Shown here piece by piece: positions 1 through 10,672 of a DNA stretch of 64,000 nucleotides. Under the pieces are notes generated by a model, which had not been told where the DNA came from, searched no databases, and saw only the letters and a program-made list of their open reading frames with translations. Made by a program: the position numbers and the translations under genes. How positions within the stretch are numbered: the stretch's first letter is position 1; every line of letters begins with the position of its first letter. The stretch is from sequence record SRR31156797_986; one strand, written 5' to 3'.

Positions 1-448
1 CAGAAATCTTTACGGCCATAAACTCCGTACGTTTAAACGAGATGTTATCCTCGTACTCATTGTAAAGCCTGGTATGTTTAAATTTTGATTCTTTGTCGAT
101 GTCGTAATGGTTCATCAGGTTGTACTTGCTGATGATTTTATCACGAATCCGGTTAGAGTGCAAAATTTGAAGAAGCTGTTCTGTTTCCTCATCTTCACCA
201 AATTTCAGGATATCATCCTGTGCGCCTGTATTTTCGGTCAGCAAAGCTTTGGAAATGGCATTGGAAGCTGCCGGATACAGGATTACAGTTGACTTGTATT
301 TGGGTGTGATGAAAATGGTTGAAGAGAAGATCACCGAGGCCAGAATAGCCAGGGCTGTGACAGTGATCAGTGGTTTTCGCCACCTGTGCAGAAACAACAA
401 AATGTTTGTTGAGTCAAAGTTGTTGTTATCGGTTTTCCAAAGCGTCAT
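1..448 (-). CDS. Wzz/chain-length determinant family protein (partial, runs off the window start)
   Basis: Not in ORF track; manual translation from ATG at 448: MTLWKTDNNNFDSTNILLFLHRWRKPLITVTALAILASVIFSSTIFITPKYKSTVILYP...; N-terminal TM helix followed by PKYKST-type motif; downstream of a flippase. Confidence 0.75.
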   Translation of the reverse strand, partial: MTLWKTDNNNFDSTNILLFLHRWRKPLITVTALAILASVIFSSTIFITPKYKSTVILYPAASNAISKALLTENTGAQDDILKFGEDEETEQLLQILHSNRIRDKIISKYNLMNHYDIDKESKFKHTRLYNEYEDNISFKRTEFMAVKIS

Positions 449-544
449 ATCTTACCAGATAAAAATAAGGGCACAAAAATATGCTTTTTATGATTACTAC
501 GATGTTTAGGTCAATTACCACAAAGATCATTAATCAGCCTGTGG

Positions 545-1999
545 CTAAAGTTGTTCCTTGCTTTTTAAAATTTCAATAAATCCTTTGATGTTTAAAAGTC
601 GCAAACCCATGGCCAGAGCCATTGAGGCAACACACATAATTAAAAAATTAATGGTCCATTTGTCCATGATCATCTTCGAAAAGTAATTAATAATGATGAC
701 CCCGGCCAGGAAGATAATTACAGAAATTATGAATTTGATGTCAGGTTTAAACTTAAATAATCGAACTGCGATTATGGTTTGAATAACCGCCATGGTCATT
801 TGTGTGATTAAGCTTGCCCATGCTGAGCCAACAGCCAGGTAACGAGGTACCAGGATGATGTTGATAACAAGGTTGAGTAACATGCCACCTGTTGCAACAA
901 TATTCAGGGTCTTTAGATTGCCATTGGCAGTTAGTAATGTTCCAAAAACATAGCTTGTTGAAACACCCATAAATCCCAGCATCAATATCCTGAAAACTTC
1001 AGTTGACTCTTCCACATGATGGGTATACATCAGGTCCATGATCTCGTAGCTGTAAAAATGCGCACCTATAGCTACAGTTGCTGAAATTATGATTAGTAAT
1101 GTGAATCCGAGTTTCGCAATCTGTTCAATGGATTCTTTGGCCTTGATCATTTTTGCAAAAAGCGGAAGCAATAGCACCGAAAACAAATAAGCAATGTTGT
1201 TGCCGGCATCCAACAACCTGAAAGCTGAGGCATAAATACCAGCTTCCGATTCGCCAATGCCTTCAGGAAGCAGGCGTTCTATCATAACCGGGTCGATGCG
1301 ATTGTAAAACACCATGAGCATGACCAGGATTGCGAAGGGAAAGCTTTGCTTGATGATCATTACGAAAAAGGGCCAGTTCCAGTTGAGTTTTTTAAAGGCG
1401 GCCTTTTTGATTACAATAATCAGTGCTGTGAGCGCAGTCAGAAAATATGCAGCCGTTTGTGCGTAAACAAACCATTCGATCTGAAACGGTGTTGAGGTAA
1501 CATGTCCCCATATTAAAACACTACAGATCAGAATCATCAACACCCTGTCGAGAACTGACATTATACTATCGGTGCGGAAAAGTAAAAGTCCTGAAATGTT
1601 TGACCGTAAATACAGGATGAATGATAACAGGAACTGGTTGAAGCACAATATGCCAAGCAAACCCAGCTGCTCGGAATTAAAACCGATGATGAAACCTGTA
1701 CCCAGGGTAACAATTGTAAAAAGGACTGCCAACAACAGTTTGATGATGACAATCCCTGAAAAGTGTTTATTGAGCAGTTGGCTGTGCTGGGCAATGTTTC
1801 GGTTGTTATAGTTGGTGATGCCGAAATCCAGGGCGATGTTAAAGAGGAACGAAAAATTGAAAACAACGAAGTAAAATCCATACTCTTCGGCACCCACCAG
1901 ATTTTGAACGGTACGGTCGATGCCAAAAATCCAAAACGGCTTCACCAGCAGGTTCAGAAAAAGCAAGAGTAAAAGATTGGATAAAAATTTTTTTCGCAT
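545..1999 (-). CDS. Wzx-type oligosaccharide flippase / polysaccharide biosynthesis protein
   Basis: Many TM helices; GAEEYG, DFGITNY, YNRIDPVM and AGIYASAFRL motifs; ATG at 1999 (MRKKFLSN) preferred over TTG at 2080. Confidence 0.85.
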   Translation of the reverse strand: MRKKFLSNLLLLLFLNLLVKPFWIFGIDRTVQNLVGAEEYGFYFVVFNFSFLFNIALDFGITNYNNRNIAQHSQLLNKHFSGIVIIKLLLAVLFTIVTLGTGFIIGFNSEQLGLLGILCFNQFLLSFILYLRSNISGLLLFRTDSIMSVLDRVLMILICSVLIWGHVTSTPFQIEWFVYAQTAAYFLTALTALIIVIKKAAFKKLNWNWPFFVMIIKQSFPFAILVMLMVFYNRIDPVMIERLLPEGIGESEAGIYASAFRLLDAGNNIAYLFSVLLLPLFAKMIKAKESIEQIAKLGFTLLIIISATVAIGAHFYSYEIMDLMYTHHVEESTEVFRILMLGFMGVSTSYVFGTLLTANGNLKTLNIVATGGMLLNLVINIILVPRYLAVGSAWASLITQMTMAVIQTIIAVRLFKFKPDIKFIISVIIFLAGVIIINYFSKMIMDKWTINFLIMCVASMALAMGLRLLNIKGFIEILKSKEQL

Positions 2000-2290
2000 A
2001 GGCTTTCCGCGGTCTTCTGAATTCGTTGCTATATCTAAATTTAGACGGTGATTTGAATCGAATGGTTGCGTTTCAAGCAATAATCAATTCATGGATAAAA
2101 CCGGCGCAAAAGTAGTGTTATGATTGGGTGAAGAAAATGTTTTTCCGTAAAATGCATTATTTGTTTAAAACGAATTGATAATCAGTATACGATGAAACTT
2201 TTGATCTTACCTTTTTATTGGATTAAAATTTCAGCTATTCCGTATGTTTGCCATACTAATAATTAGCCTGACATTAAAAGTTTTTCAATT

Positions 2291-2629
2291 ATGCAAAACA
2301 ACTTCATCACTTACATCGAATTCAAAGCCAAAGACCTGAAGGCCACCAAACAGTTTTACAAGGCATGTTTCAACTGGAAATTTACAGACTATGGCCCAAC
2401 CTATACCTCATTTTCCGAAAGTGGAGTCGCAGGCGGATTCGAACAAACCAACGAAGAAATTAAAAATGGGGCATTGATCGTATTGTACCACAAAAACCTC
2501 GAAGAAATTCTAAGAACAGTGGATAAGGCCGGAGGGAAAATTTCCAGAGAAATATTTTCCTTTCCCGGTGGCCGCAGGTTTCATTTCCTGGATCCATCAG
2601 GTAACGAATTGGCTGTATGGTCGGAATAA
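2291..2629 (+). CDS. VOC/glyoxalase family protein
   Basis: ITYIEF, FPGGRRFHFLDPSGNELAVWS motifs. Confidence 0.9.
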   Translation: MQNNFITYIEFKAKDLKATKQFYKACFNWKFTDYGPTYTSFSESGVAGGFEQTNEEIKNGALIVLYHKNLEEILRTVDKAGGKISREIFSFPGGRRFHFLDPSGNELAVWSE

Positions 2630-2662
2630 ACAGGTTTTTTACTATACAATTAAAAGCAAACA

Positions 2663-3409
2663 ATGCAAAAACTAACAATCCTTGTGATGGGCGCCAGCGG
2701 CGCAACCGGAAAACATCTCGTGAAGCATCTGCTCGAAAGTGGACATCATGTAAAAGCCATTGTCCGCTCCCCACAAAATATTCCGGAAAGCTGGAAAAAT
2801 GCTGAAAATTTAACCGTGATCAAAGGTGTAATTTCAGAGATGCCCGTTGAAGAACTTGCAGAATACCTTAAGGATTGCCACGCGGCAGCATCATGCCTGG
2901 GCCATAACCTGACTTTTAAAGGCCTGTACGGAAAACCCAGAAGGCTTGTAAAAAATGCTGTGGCCAAAGTTCATGAAGCTGCAAAAGGCAATGCGCCTGA
3001 AAAACCGATCCGGTTTGTGTTGATGAATACGGCCGGTAACAGCAATCGAAATCTCAGGGAGCCGGTTTCATTTGGGCAACGGGTAATTATTGGCCTGCTT
3101 CGCTTACTTTTGCCACCTCATGTGGATAATGAAAAAGCATCGGATTACCTGCGACTGAATGTTGGCCAAAATGATCCTGTATTTGAGTGGGTTGTAGTAC
3201 GCCCGGATACACTGATCGATCATGAAGAGGTTACAAAATATACCCTGCATGCATCACCTACAAGAAGTGCTTTGTTCAATCCCGGCAAAACCAGCCGCAT
3301 CAATGTTGGGCATTTTATGGCCAAGCTGCTTACTGAGGATAAATGTTTCACAAAATGGAAAGGACAAATGCCTGTGATTTATAACGTTGTGGATGAGTCG
3401 AGCGAATAG
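2663..3409 (+). CDS. NAD(P)H-binding atypical SDR (flavin reductase-like)
   Basis: GASGATG Rossmann motif, WVVVRP. Confidence 0.85.
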   Translation: MQKLTILVMGASGATGKHLVKHLLESGHHVKAIVRSPQNIPESWKNAENLTVIKGVISEMPVEELAEYLKDCHAAASCLGHNLTFKGLYGKPRRLVKNAVAKVHEAAKGNAPEKPIRFVLMNTAGNSNRNLREPVSFGQRVIIGLLRLLLPPHVDNEKASDYLRLNVGQNDPVFEWVVVRPDTLIDHEEVTKYTLHASPTRSALFNPGKTSRINVGHFMAKLLTEDKCFTKWKGQMPVIYNVVDESSE

Positions 3410-3642
3410 CTGTAAGAAAAACTAAAGTCATCTTCCTGCCTCATTGGGCTGTTAGTAAATCATAATGTATACTTTTGCCTTGCAATGAAAGCATAAGTAC
3501 ATATTTCTCCAACCAATCCATCGGATTGAATTTGCAGACCTGCAGGTTGAAAGCCTGTTCCCTAAAGGCTGCATATTTTCACTTATTATTTTTAAGTATT
3601 GACTTGTTACCTGTTTACTCAGGCAATTAAAAATCATGTAAA

Positions 3643-4485
3643 ATGACTGATACAGAAATTATAACAAATTACCAAAACCCAGCTATTTACGAACCTGGTA
3701 CCGCTTTCATGTGGTCGGACGAACACATTTCCCAATTTCTACTCAAAACCCATCTTGACGAAAACATCGACCTGGCAAGCCGGAGGAAATCAACAATCCA
3801 AAAAACGGCAAACTGGCTGCTGGGTTTACACGATTCCACCAAAAAACTTAATATCCTTGATCTGGGCTGTGGCCCGGGTTTATACACCGAAATTTTTGCT
3901 CAGCAGAGGCATAAGGTGACCGGAATTGACATTTCCAAAACATCAATAGACTATGCCAGGAATTCAGCCATGGAGAAAAATCTGGATATAGAATATGTAT
4001 GTTCCAATTACCTGGACGTAGAACTCGAAACGGGAAAATACGACCTGGTGGTGATGATTTACACCGATCTGGGTGTATTAGATCCTGATGGCCGTGCACA
4101 AATAATTAAAAAGGTTCATAAATCCCTCAGGCCGGGCGGCATGTTTGTTTTTGATCTGATACGTGATGTTAACCTCGAAAGTAAGCTCACCCCAAAAACC
4201 TGGGAACATGCTGAAACCGGTTTTTGGAAAAATGCGCCATATTTGGCACTCTCTGAGTCCAAGTTGTACAAAGATGAAAAGTTGATTTTGTATCAGCACA
4301 TTATTTTTGATGCGGCCAATCATGCTGAGGTATACCGTTTTTGGACCCAGCATTTTTCGATTGAAGATGTGAAAGCGCTTTTAATGCCTCAAGATTTTTC
4401 TGAAATCCGCTTCAGGGATGATATCCTGCCGCCGGGTGACCAGTGGAGTGGAGATAATGTATTATTTACGATTGCTGAGAAGTAA
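3643..4485 (+). CDS. Class I SAM-dependent methyltransferase
   Basis: ILDLGCGPG motif I, GIDIS, LRPGGMFVFD. Confidence 0.9.
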   Translation: MTDTEIITNYQNPAIYEPGTAFMWSDEHISQFLLKTHLDENIDLASRRKSTIQKTANWLLGLHDSTKKLNILDLGCGPGLYTEIFAQQRHKVTGIDISKTSIDYARNSAMEKNLDIEYVCSNYLDVELETGKYDLVVMIYTDLGVLDPDGRAQIIKKVHKSLRPGGMFVFDLIRDVNLESKLTPKTWEHAETGFWKNAPYLALSESKLYKDEKLILYQHIIFDAANHAEVYRFWTQHFSIEDVKALLMPQDFSEIRFRDDILPPGDQWSGDNVLFTIAEK

Positions 4486-4533
4486 GCTTTTCCCAGGAAT
4501 TACCCTGTTTTTTTAAAATCCAAAAAGTTAGTT

Positions 4534-5286
4534 ATGGCGCATTTCAAATTTGATCAAACGAAAGTTTATTACACCATAGTTGGTGAAGGAAAACCATTGA
4601 TTTTGCTGCATGGCAATTCGGTGTCCTCCGAAATGTTTGCTCCGGTTTTAGCCGACTATGCGAAGTTTTTTAAGGTGATACTCATCGATTTCCCAGGCCA
4701 TGGAAAGTCTGAACGGGTGGCGAAATTTGAAACCGATTTCTGGTTTTATAATGCAAAAGTCGTTTATGCTTTAATTCAGGATTTAGGATACGAAAAGGTT
4801 TCTGTTGTTGGGACAAGCGGCGGGGCTTTGGCTGCCATCAATTTGGGATTGGAGCATCCGGAATGTGTAGATTTTATTGTTGCTGACAGTTTTGAAGGTG
4901 AGGCCCCTTTGCCATCTTTTATGGAAACCTTAGCGGCAGACCGAAATCGTGACAAACAAAACCCACTGGCACAGGAATTCTGGAAAGCTTGTCATGGCAA
5001 AGATTGGAAGCAGGTGGTCGATCAGGATACACAAATGCTACTTGACTTCGGGAAAACCAAGAAGTCATTTTTTCACCAGTCTATTGCTGAACTAAAGGTT
5101 CCTACACTTGTAACTGGCAGCAGGCAGGATGAATACTGTGATCATCTTGATCAAATCTATGCCGGCCTTAAAAAGAGAAATCAGGAATTAGATATTTACC
5201 TGTTCGATGAAGGAGGGCATCCGGCAATGCTATCAAATCACACCCCTTTTTTGGAATTGATCAGAAAGTTGATCGGTAAAAACTAA
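4534..5286 (+). CDS. Alpha/beta hydrolase
   Basis: LILLHG, IDFPGHGKS, GTSGG nucleophile elbow, GGHP catalytic His. Confidence 0.9.
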   Translation: MAHFKFDQTKVYYTIVGEGKPLILLHGNSVSSEMFAPVLADYAKFFKVILIDFPGHGKSERVAKFETDFWFYNAKVVYALIQDLGYEKVSVVGTSGGALAAINLGLEHPECVDFIVADSFEGEAPLPSFMETLAADRNRDKQNPLAQEFWKACHGKDWKQVVDQDTQMLLDFGKTKKSFFHQSIAELKVPTLVTGSRQDEYCDHLDQIYAGLKKRNQELDIYLFDEGGHPAMLSNHTPFLELIRKLIGKN

Positions 5287-5337
5287 CATTGTTTGTCGAC
5301 TGGTTGGCCATTTTACAAACTCCTGAATTTGTTTTAG

Positions 5338-5784
5338 TTGGATTTATACCTTACATTTGGTCGCATTAGCAACCAAAAAAATGAGCCAACTTTCCATGTT
5401 GATATGGAGGAGGCCATCAGCAAGCATCCGAATACAACCATTGTGTGGTGCCATATTGAAGATACCAGGGCACTAGATGTAGATGGTTTAAAGGATATAA
5501 CCGTCAGGATGCTCAGTGCCTATCCAAACCTTTACTTTGATATTTCGTGGGTTGTTTTTGAACAGATCATTGCACCAAAAAATATTCCTGATCCGGCATG
5601 GATAAAAATTTTTGAAGTGTTCCCTGACAGGTTTTTGGTGGGATCGGATAAGATAGGTGAGTTTGACGATTATGTGCAAACAATCCGAAAATATGATGTT
5701 TTGTTTGATGCGTTGACTCCTGAGACTGCGCGTAAGCTGGCTTCAGAAAATTTATTTGAACTCCTGCCTGACCGGAAAAAGTAG
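5338..5784 (+). pseudogene. C-terminal fragment of an amidohydrolase (Amidohydro_2-like)
   Basis: HPNTTIVWCH, YPNLYFDISW, FPDRFLVGSD motifs present but N-terminal barrel half with HxH motif absent; only 148 codons and no room upstream. Confidence 0.6.
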
Positions 5785-5817
5785 ACATCTCATTTTTTGT
5801 AATTGCTGGATCAGGGG

Positions 5818-6549
5818 TTAAAAAAAGCCGGTACTGACTTTAATAATCAGGCCTGTGCCAATGATAATCAACAAAATGTAGACCCACGCATAAAACCATT
5901 CGCTTTTAAAGCTTTTAAAAAACCGCTCCCCCAGCCACCAGGCTAGGATCAATGCAGGTAATCCAAAAAGGTAATATTGGAGAACCTCTGTGGTAACATT
6001 TCCCCAGGCAATATGCCCACCCACAACACCTATGCCGGTAAAGAAAAAATAACTCTGCAGGGTGGATCTGAATTTTGCTGCCGGCCAGTTTTGGGCGGAA
6101 AGCAGCATGATAACCGGTGGGCCATTGGTGTTGTAAGCCCCGCCCAATATTCCACTTACGAATCCAACAAGGTAGTTGATCCAGGGAGGCGCTTTCTTTT
6201 TGGGCGTATGTTTAACCATGCGCAGTATCGCAAAGGTGATGATGAAGATTCCCAGGATCAGGCTGATGAGATTTTCATCGATTTCAGACAGATAGATAAG
6301 CCCCACCGGAACACCCAAAAGTGCAGATATGATCAGTTTCCACGACATTTTGAAATTCACGGATTGCCGGTTTTTGATCAGGATAAGAAAAGCCATCAGG
6401 ATGGCAAAAAGTGCCATGAGTGGTGCTGCCGTCTGAATGCCCTTTACCATCACCAGCAATGGCATCCCGAAAAGGGCATCGCCAAAACCAAAAGTGGAAC
6501 GAATCAGAAACGCCGTAAAAATGATGGCAATTACCAGGACAAAATCCAT
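5818..6549 (-). CDS. TauE/SafE family sulfite exporter
   Basis: Hydrophobic 243 aa; FGFGDAL and GGAYNTNGPP motifs. Confidence 0.85.
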   Translation of the reverse strand: MDFVLVIAIIFTAFLIRSTFGFGDALFGMPLLVMVKGIQTAAPLMALFAILMAFLILIKNRQSVNFKMSWKLIISALLGVPVGLIYLSEIDENLISLILGIFIITFAILRMVKHTPKKKAPPWINYLVGFVSGILGGAYNTNGPPVIMLLSAQNWPAAKFRSTLQSYFFFTGIGVVGGHIAWGNVTTEVLQYYLFGLPALILAWWLGERFFKSFKSEWFYAWVYILLIIIGTGLIIKVSTGFF

Positions 6550-6609
6550 AACTACTGTTTACTTTGCATACAGATTAAACCAACAAAATAAACCAAATCA
6601 TTTTAACCC

Positions 6610-7374
6610 ATGAACAAAATTGCACTTATTACAGGAGCTACAGCAGGCATTGGAGAGGCCACTGCCATAAAATTTGCAAACAACAATATCGATGTTATCA
6701 TCAGCGGCAGGAGAAAGGACAGGCTTGCCACGCTAAAGGAAAAACTCAATAAGGAAACAACTTCAAAGGTTTTGCAGCTCGAAATGGATGTAACCAACCT
6801 TAAAGATGTGAAGGAAGCCATCCGCTACCTTCCGGATGAATGGAAGAAAATCGATATACTTGTCAATAATGCCGGGCTTGCCGTTGGTTTGAATAAACTT
6901 CATGAGGGTGAAGTTGATGACTGGGAGCGCATGATCGATACCAATGTGAAGGGATTACTTTATGTTACCCGTACAGTAGTTCCGCTGATGAAACAGCATG
7001 GGTCGGGCCACGTGATCAACATCGGCTCAACAGCCGGCAAAGAGGTGTACCCCGGGGGAAATGTTTACTGTGCAACCAAACATGCAGTAGATGCTTTAAC
7101 CAAAGGACTTCGGATCGATTTGCTGGGAGAAAGCATCAAGGTCACCCAGATAGCTCCGGGGCTTGTGGAAACTGAATTTTCTGAAGTCCGCTTCAAAGGT
7201 GATACCGAAAAAGCCGACACAGTCTACAAAGGCTATGACCCTTTGGAAGGCCAGGACATTGCAGATATTATTCATTATGTGATCAACCTGCCTCCGCATG
7301 TATGCATCAACGATTTGGTGGTGACACCACTCGCACAGGCAAATTCGTATCTGGTGAATAAATCCGGGGCTTGA
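6610..7374 (+). CDS. Classical SDR oxidoreductase (YdfG-like)
   Basis: TGATAGIG, LVNNAG, YCATK catalytic motif. Confidence 0.9.
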   Translation: MNKIALITGATAGIGEATAIKFANNNIDVIISGRRKDRLATLKEKLNKETTSKVLQLEMDVTNLKDVKEAIRYLPDEWKKIDILVNNAGLAVGLNKLHEGEVDDWERMIDTNVKGLLYVTRTVVPLMKQHGSGHVINIGSTAGKEVYPGGNVYCATKHAVDALTKGLRIDLLGESIKVTQIAPGLVETEFSEVRFKGDTEKADTVYKGYDPLEGQDIADIIHYVINLPPHVCINDLVVTPLAQANSYLVNKSGA

Positions 7375-7504
7375 AAAACCTATAAATAGCAATCTGTCCG
7401 ATATGTTTGACAACTTGGTATTTAAACGCTTTTTAAATTGTCCATCTCAGCAATTATTCACACGTGAAAGTGTTTTCTTTGCCACCATTTCCTAGATCAT
7501 AAAA

Positions 7505-9283
7505 ATGAAACTCCAGCGCAGCCTTGTATTTTTTATCCAACGATTTCGCCGGAAATATTTATCCGACCGGCAGTATATGATGGCGCTCAGTGTAATTATT
7601 GGATTTCTGGCCGGACTGGCGGCGGTTATCATAAAAAATACGGTGCATGCTATTCAGGGCTTTCTTACCGCCGGTTTCGATGTTAAGTACGACAATATCC
7701 TCTATATTTTCTACCCGGTTATTGGCATCATTCTTACGGTTTTATTCATCAGGTTTATACTCCGCCAATATGTTGGCGATGGTGTGCCATCTGTGCTTTA
7801 TGCGATTTCAAAAACAAAAGGGCTGCTCAAGCAACATAACATGTTCTCTTCGTTCATCAGCAGTTCGATCACAGTTGGTTTTGGAGGTTCGGCAGGATTG
7901 GAGGGGCCGACGGTGGCAACCGGGGCAGCAATCGGGAGTAACATCAGTAAATTTCTGCACCTCAACTACAAACAAACTGTAACATTGCTTGCTGTGGCAA
8001 GCGCCGGGGCGATGTCGGCTATTTTTAAATCACCCATTGCGGCAATTATTTTTGCTGTTGAGGTTATCATGCTCGATCTCACCATAGCTTCACTAATCCC
8101 GCTGCTGCTTGCATCTGTAACCGCAGCACTCACATCGTATCTGTTCCTTGGGATGAATGTAGTCTATCCTTTCGAAATCGAACAAACATTTACCATCGAA
8201 GATACTTTTCTGTTTGTGCTACTGGGTGTATTCACCGGCCTGGTGAGTGTGTATTTCACCCGGGTTTATTTGTATTTCCAAAAATTGTTTGGTGGTATTA
8301 AAAGCTGGTACATCCGTTTGATATTTGGTGGTTTGAGTCTGGGTATTTTAATTTTTCTTTTCCCGAGTCTTTACGGTGAAGGTTATCAAGCCACCAACTC
8401 TTGTCTCCAGGGAGATACGATCACCCTTTTTGATAACAGCCTTTTCTATGACTATCGCGAAAGTATTTCTGCCATTTTTATTTTAATGGTTGTTGTGATC
8501 ATGCTAAAGGTGGTTGCCACTTCGCTTACTTTTGGAGCAGGTGGTATTGGTGGAATCTTTGCCCCAACGCTTTTTACAGGTGCACACGCCGGGTTGTTGT
8601 TTGCGTTGGTTTACAATCAGATTGGAGGAGAACAAATTGCCACCACAAATTTTGCACTTGTTGGTATGGGCGGTCTGATTGCAGGAGTGATCCATGCTCC
8701 GCTCACCGCCATCTTTTTAATTGCTGAATTAACGCAGGGCTACGAACTTTTTATGCCGCTGATGATTACTGCGGTGGTTTCTTATATGACCATCCGGCTT
8801 TTTACCACCAATTCAGTGTATACCATTCAGCTCGCCAAAAGAGGTGAACTGCTTACCCATCATCAGGATAAAAATGTTCTGGCCATGTTGGATTTTACCA
8901 GGCTTGTGGAAACCAATTTCAAAGTGGTTTCATACGATGCTTCGCTACATGATTTGGTGAATGTGATCGAAGGGTCGAACCGCAATATTTTTCCGGTTGT
9001 GGATGGCGACGGTAAATTCAGGGGGCATGTCATTCTGGATAATGTTCGTCATGTGATGTTTAAACCCGAAATTTACGATACTACCTGGGTAAAGGATCTG
9101 ATGATTGTTCCGGTTTATCGCATTTCTCCGAAAGACACCGTAGAAGAAGTAGCACAAAAATTCCAGGCCAGCGGCAAGTACAATATGCCGGTGATCGAAG
9201 ATGGAAAATACGTAGGGTATATATCCAAAGCCAACCTGTTCGGGCAATACCGGAATAAGCTCAAGGAGGTTTCGGATTATTAA
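7505..9283 (+). CDS. ClC chloride channel/antiporter with C-terminal CBS pair
   Basis: SAGLEGP, GGIFAP motifs, soluble CBS-like C-terminus. Confidence 0.92.
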   Translation: MKLQRSLVFFIQRFRRKYLSDRQYMMALSVIIGFLAGLAAVIIKNTVHAIQGFLTAGFDVKYDNILYIFYPVIGIILTVLFIRFILRQYVGDGVPSVLYAISKTKGLLKQHNMFSSFISSSITVGFGGSAGLEGPTVATGAAIGSNISKFLHLNYKQTVTLLAVASAGAMSAIFKSPIAAIIFAVEVIMLDLTIASLIPLLLASVTAALTSYLFLGMNVVYPFEIEQTFTIEDTFLFVLLGVFTGLVSVYFTRVYLYFQKLFGGIKSWYIRLIFGGLSLGILIFLFPSLYGEGYQATNSCLQGDTITLFDNSLFYDYRESISAIFILMVVVIMLKVVATSLTFGAGGIGGIFAPTLFTGAHAGLLFALVYNQIGGEQIATTNFALVGMGGLIAGVIHAPLTAIFLIAELTQGYELFMPLMITAVVSYMTIRLFTTNSVYTIQLAKRGELLTHHQDKNVLAMLDFTRLVETNFKVVSYDASLHDLVNVIEGSNRNIFPVVDGDGKFRGHVILDNVRHVMFKPEIYDTTWVKDLMIVPVYRISPKDTVEEVAQKFQASGKYNMPVIEDGKYVGYISKANLFGQYRNKLKEVSDY

Positions 9284-9294
9284 TTTTTTCTCGT

Positions 9295-9337
9295 TGATCA
9301 GCGCTGATCAGCGATTCGTTTTCAGCGATAATCTGCG
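9295..9337. repeat. Short intergenic WTCWGCG repeats including perfect palindrome TGATCAGCGCTGATCA
   Basis: ATCAGCG 9297, ATCAGCG 9307, TTCAGCG 9321, ATCTGCG 9331. Confidence 0.6.
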
Positions 9338-9425
9338 TGAATTTAATAATCATTTCAGGTGTAATGGACAAAATTCAGGCTGTTTATTTTTGTTTATGGG
9401 AAATGTGTGGCGGCGCATGGGAAAT

Positions 9426-9454
9426 AAAAAGGCCGGCTAAATTGTTGCCGGCCT
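9426..9454 (-). terminator. Intrinsic terminator of the lipoprotein gene
   Basis: AGGCCGGC/GCCGGCCT stem with T-run on the minus strand. Confidence 0.7.
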
Positions 9455-9479
9455 CAAAATATCATATTCAATCCTGGGT

Positions 9480-9971
9480 TTACTGCCTTACGAAACCGGT
9501 AGTTATCATGTATGTTTCGTCGCCATCGCCAAAATCTTCAACCATCGAATAGGTACCGGTCATGTTTGAATTGTTAATAGAGGTAATAGTTACGGCTATT
9601 GGATCTTCATCCGGGTAAGTAATCGTTAGCGTTTTATTATCTGCGCTTAATAACCAACTTCCTGTGGTTTCGGTCTGAGGGTCATCTGCGTCGCATTTGG
9701 TCGAACCTTCGTCATCTGTAATTGTTCCATTTGTGTTAAACCGAATCAGGTCATCCTTGGTACAGGATGGATATTGGGAGAAAAAATCGGTGATGATCAC
9801 TCCACTGCCTAAATCAACGCCCGGATCTATGGTCATAGATATAACTTTCCAATTACCTGCTGTAAGGTATTCGGTTGTGGTTGTAGTTGTTTCATCATCC
9901 TTTTTGCATGCTGCAAAGGAGAGCAAAACGGCAAAGGACAATAAGCCAATTGTTCTGAAATTCATTTTCAT
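9480..9971 (-). CDS. Lipocalin-like lipoprotein
   Basis: Lipobox FAAC followed by KKDDE (surface-export-signal-like); GNWKV and GSWLLSAD motifs. Confidence 0.8.
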   Translation of the reverse strand: MKMNFRTIGLLSFAVLLSFAACKKDDETTTTTTEYLTAGNWKVISMTIDPGVDLGSGVIITDFFSQYPSCTKDDLIRFNTNGTITDDEGSTKCDADDPQTETTGSWLLSADNKTLTITYPDEDPIAVTITSINNSNMTGTYSMVEDFGDGDETYMITTGFVRQ

Positions 9972-10559
9972 TGTAGTATCTAAATTTAGATTTCTTAAAA
10001 CATTTAAGAAAACCAGAAAATAACAGCATTACCCTTGAGAAGTTTTGTTCCGGATAAGCTCATTTTTACAATGTGGTGATCTCCAACAGCAATGGTCATT
10101 AGAATTATGAATATTTATGAGAAGAGAACAACGTTGTGATATAGCCCATTCATTTATTTCAATTCTTGAGGATGTTTCTTCATGGCCGGCATCCAAAATA
10201 TGCTGGGTATATCTCCAAACCCAACCTGTTAGGGCAATACTTCAATAAGCTTAAAGATGTTTCTGATTATTAGTTATCAGGATTATTTAAGGAGCCCTTA
10301 TTTTACTTTTAGCTCGACGAAACACAAAGTGGCCGGACAGGTAAAACCCGGATTTTTTTGAGTTCAATCGCCTTATTAAAAGATCAATTAATGGGTATAT
10401 ATAAATTATCTTATCTAATTTATATAAGTTGAGGCATTTTAAACCGGTTTTACTTGAAGCCATAAAATTATATTCTTCATTTTGGATGCTGGCTATTTTT
10501 CTGAACGGCACATTTGGTTTATTTTGCAGACGGTTGTTGAAGTAAGGAGCGTGTAAACC

Positions 10560-10598
10560 AGCTTGTTAAATTAGTGTTAATTCTCTGTTTTCATTTGG
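10560..10598 (+). promoter_or_regulatory. Putative regulator site: AGCTTGTTAA-N6-GTTAA-N12-ATTTGG
   Basis: Same motif and spacing recurs at 13575-13613 upstream of the adjacent paralogous gene. Confidence 0.55.
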
Positions 10599-10672
10599 TA
10601 TTGGGACATGCCTCGGTGTATATTCATCCGCGAAACATGATTTATAAACCAATTATTATTAATTAAAATCTA

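Noticed and set aside
5977-6591. 204-aa plus-strand ORF
   Set aside because: Shadow of the TauE/SafE gene on the opposite strand
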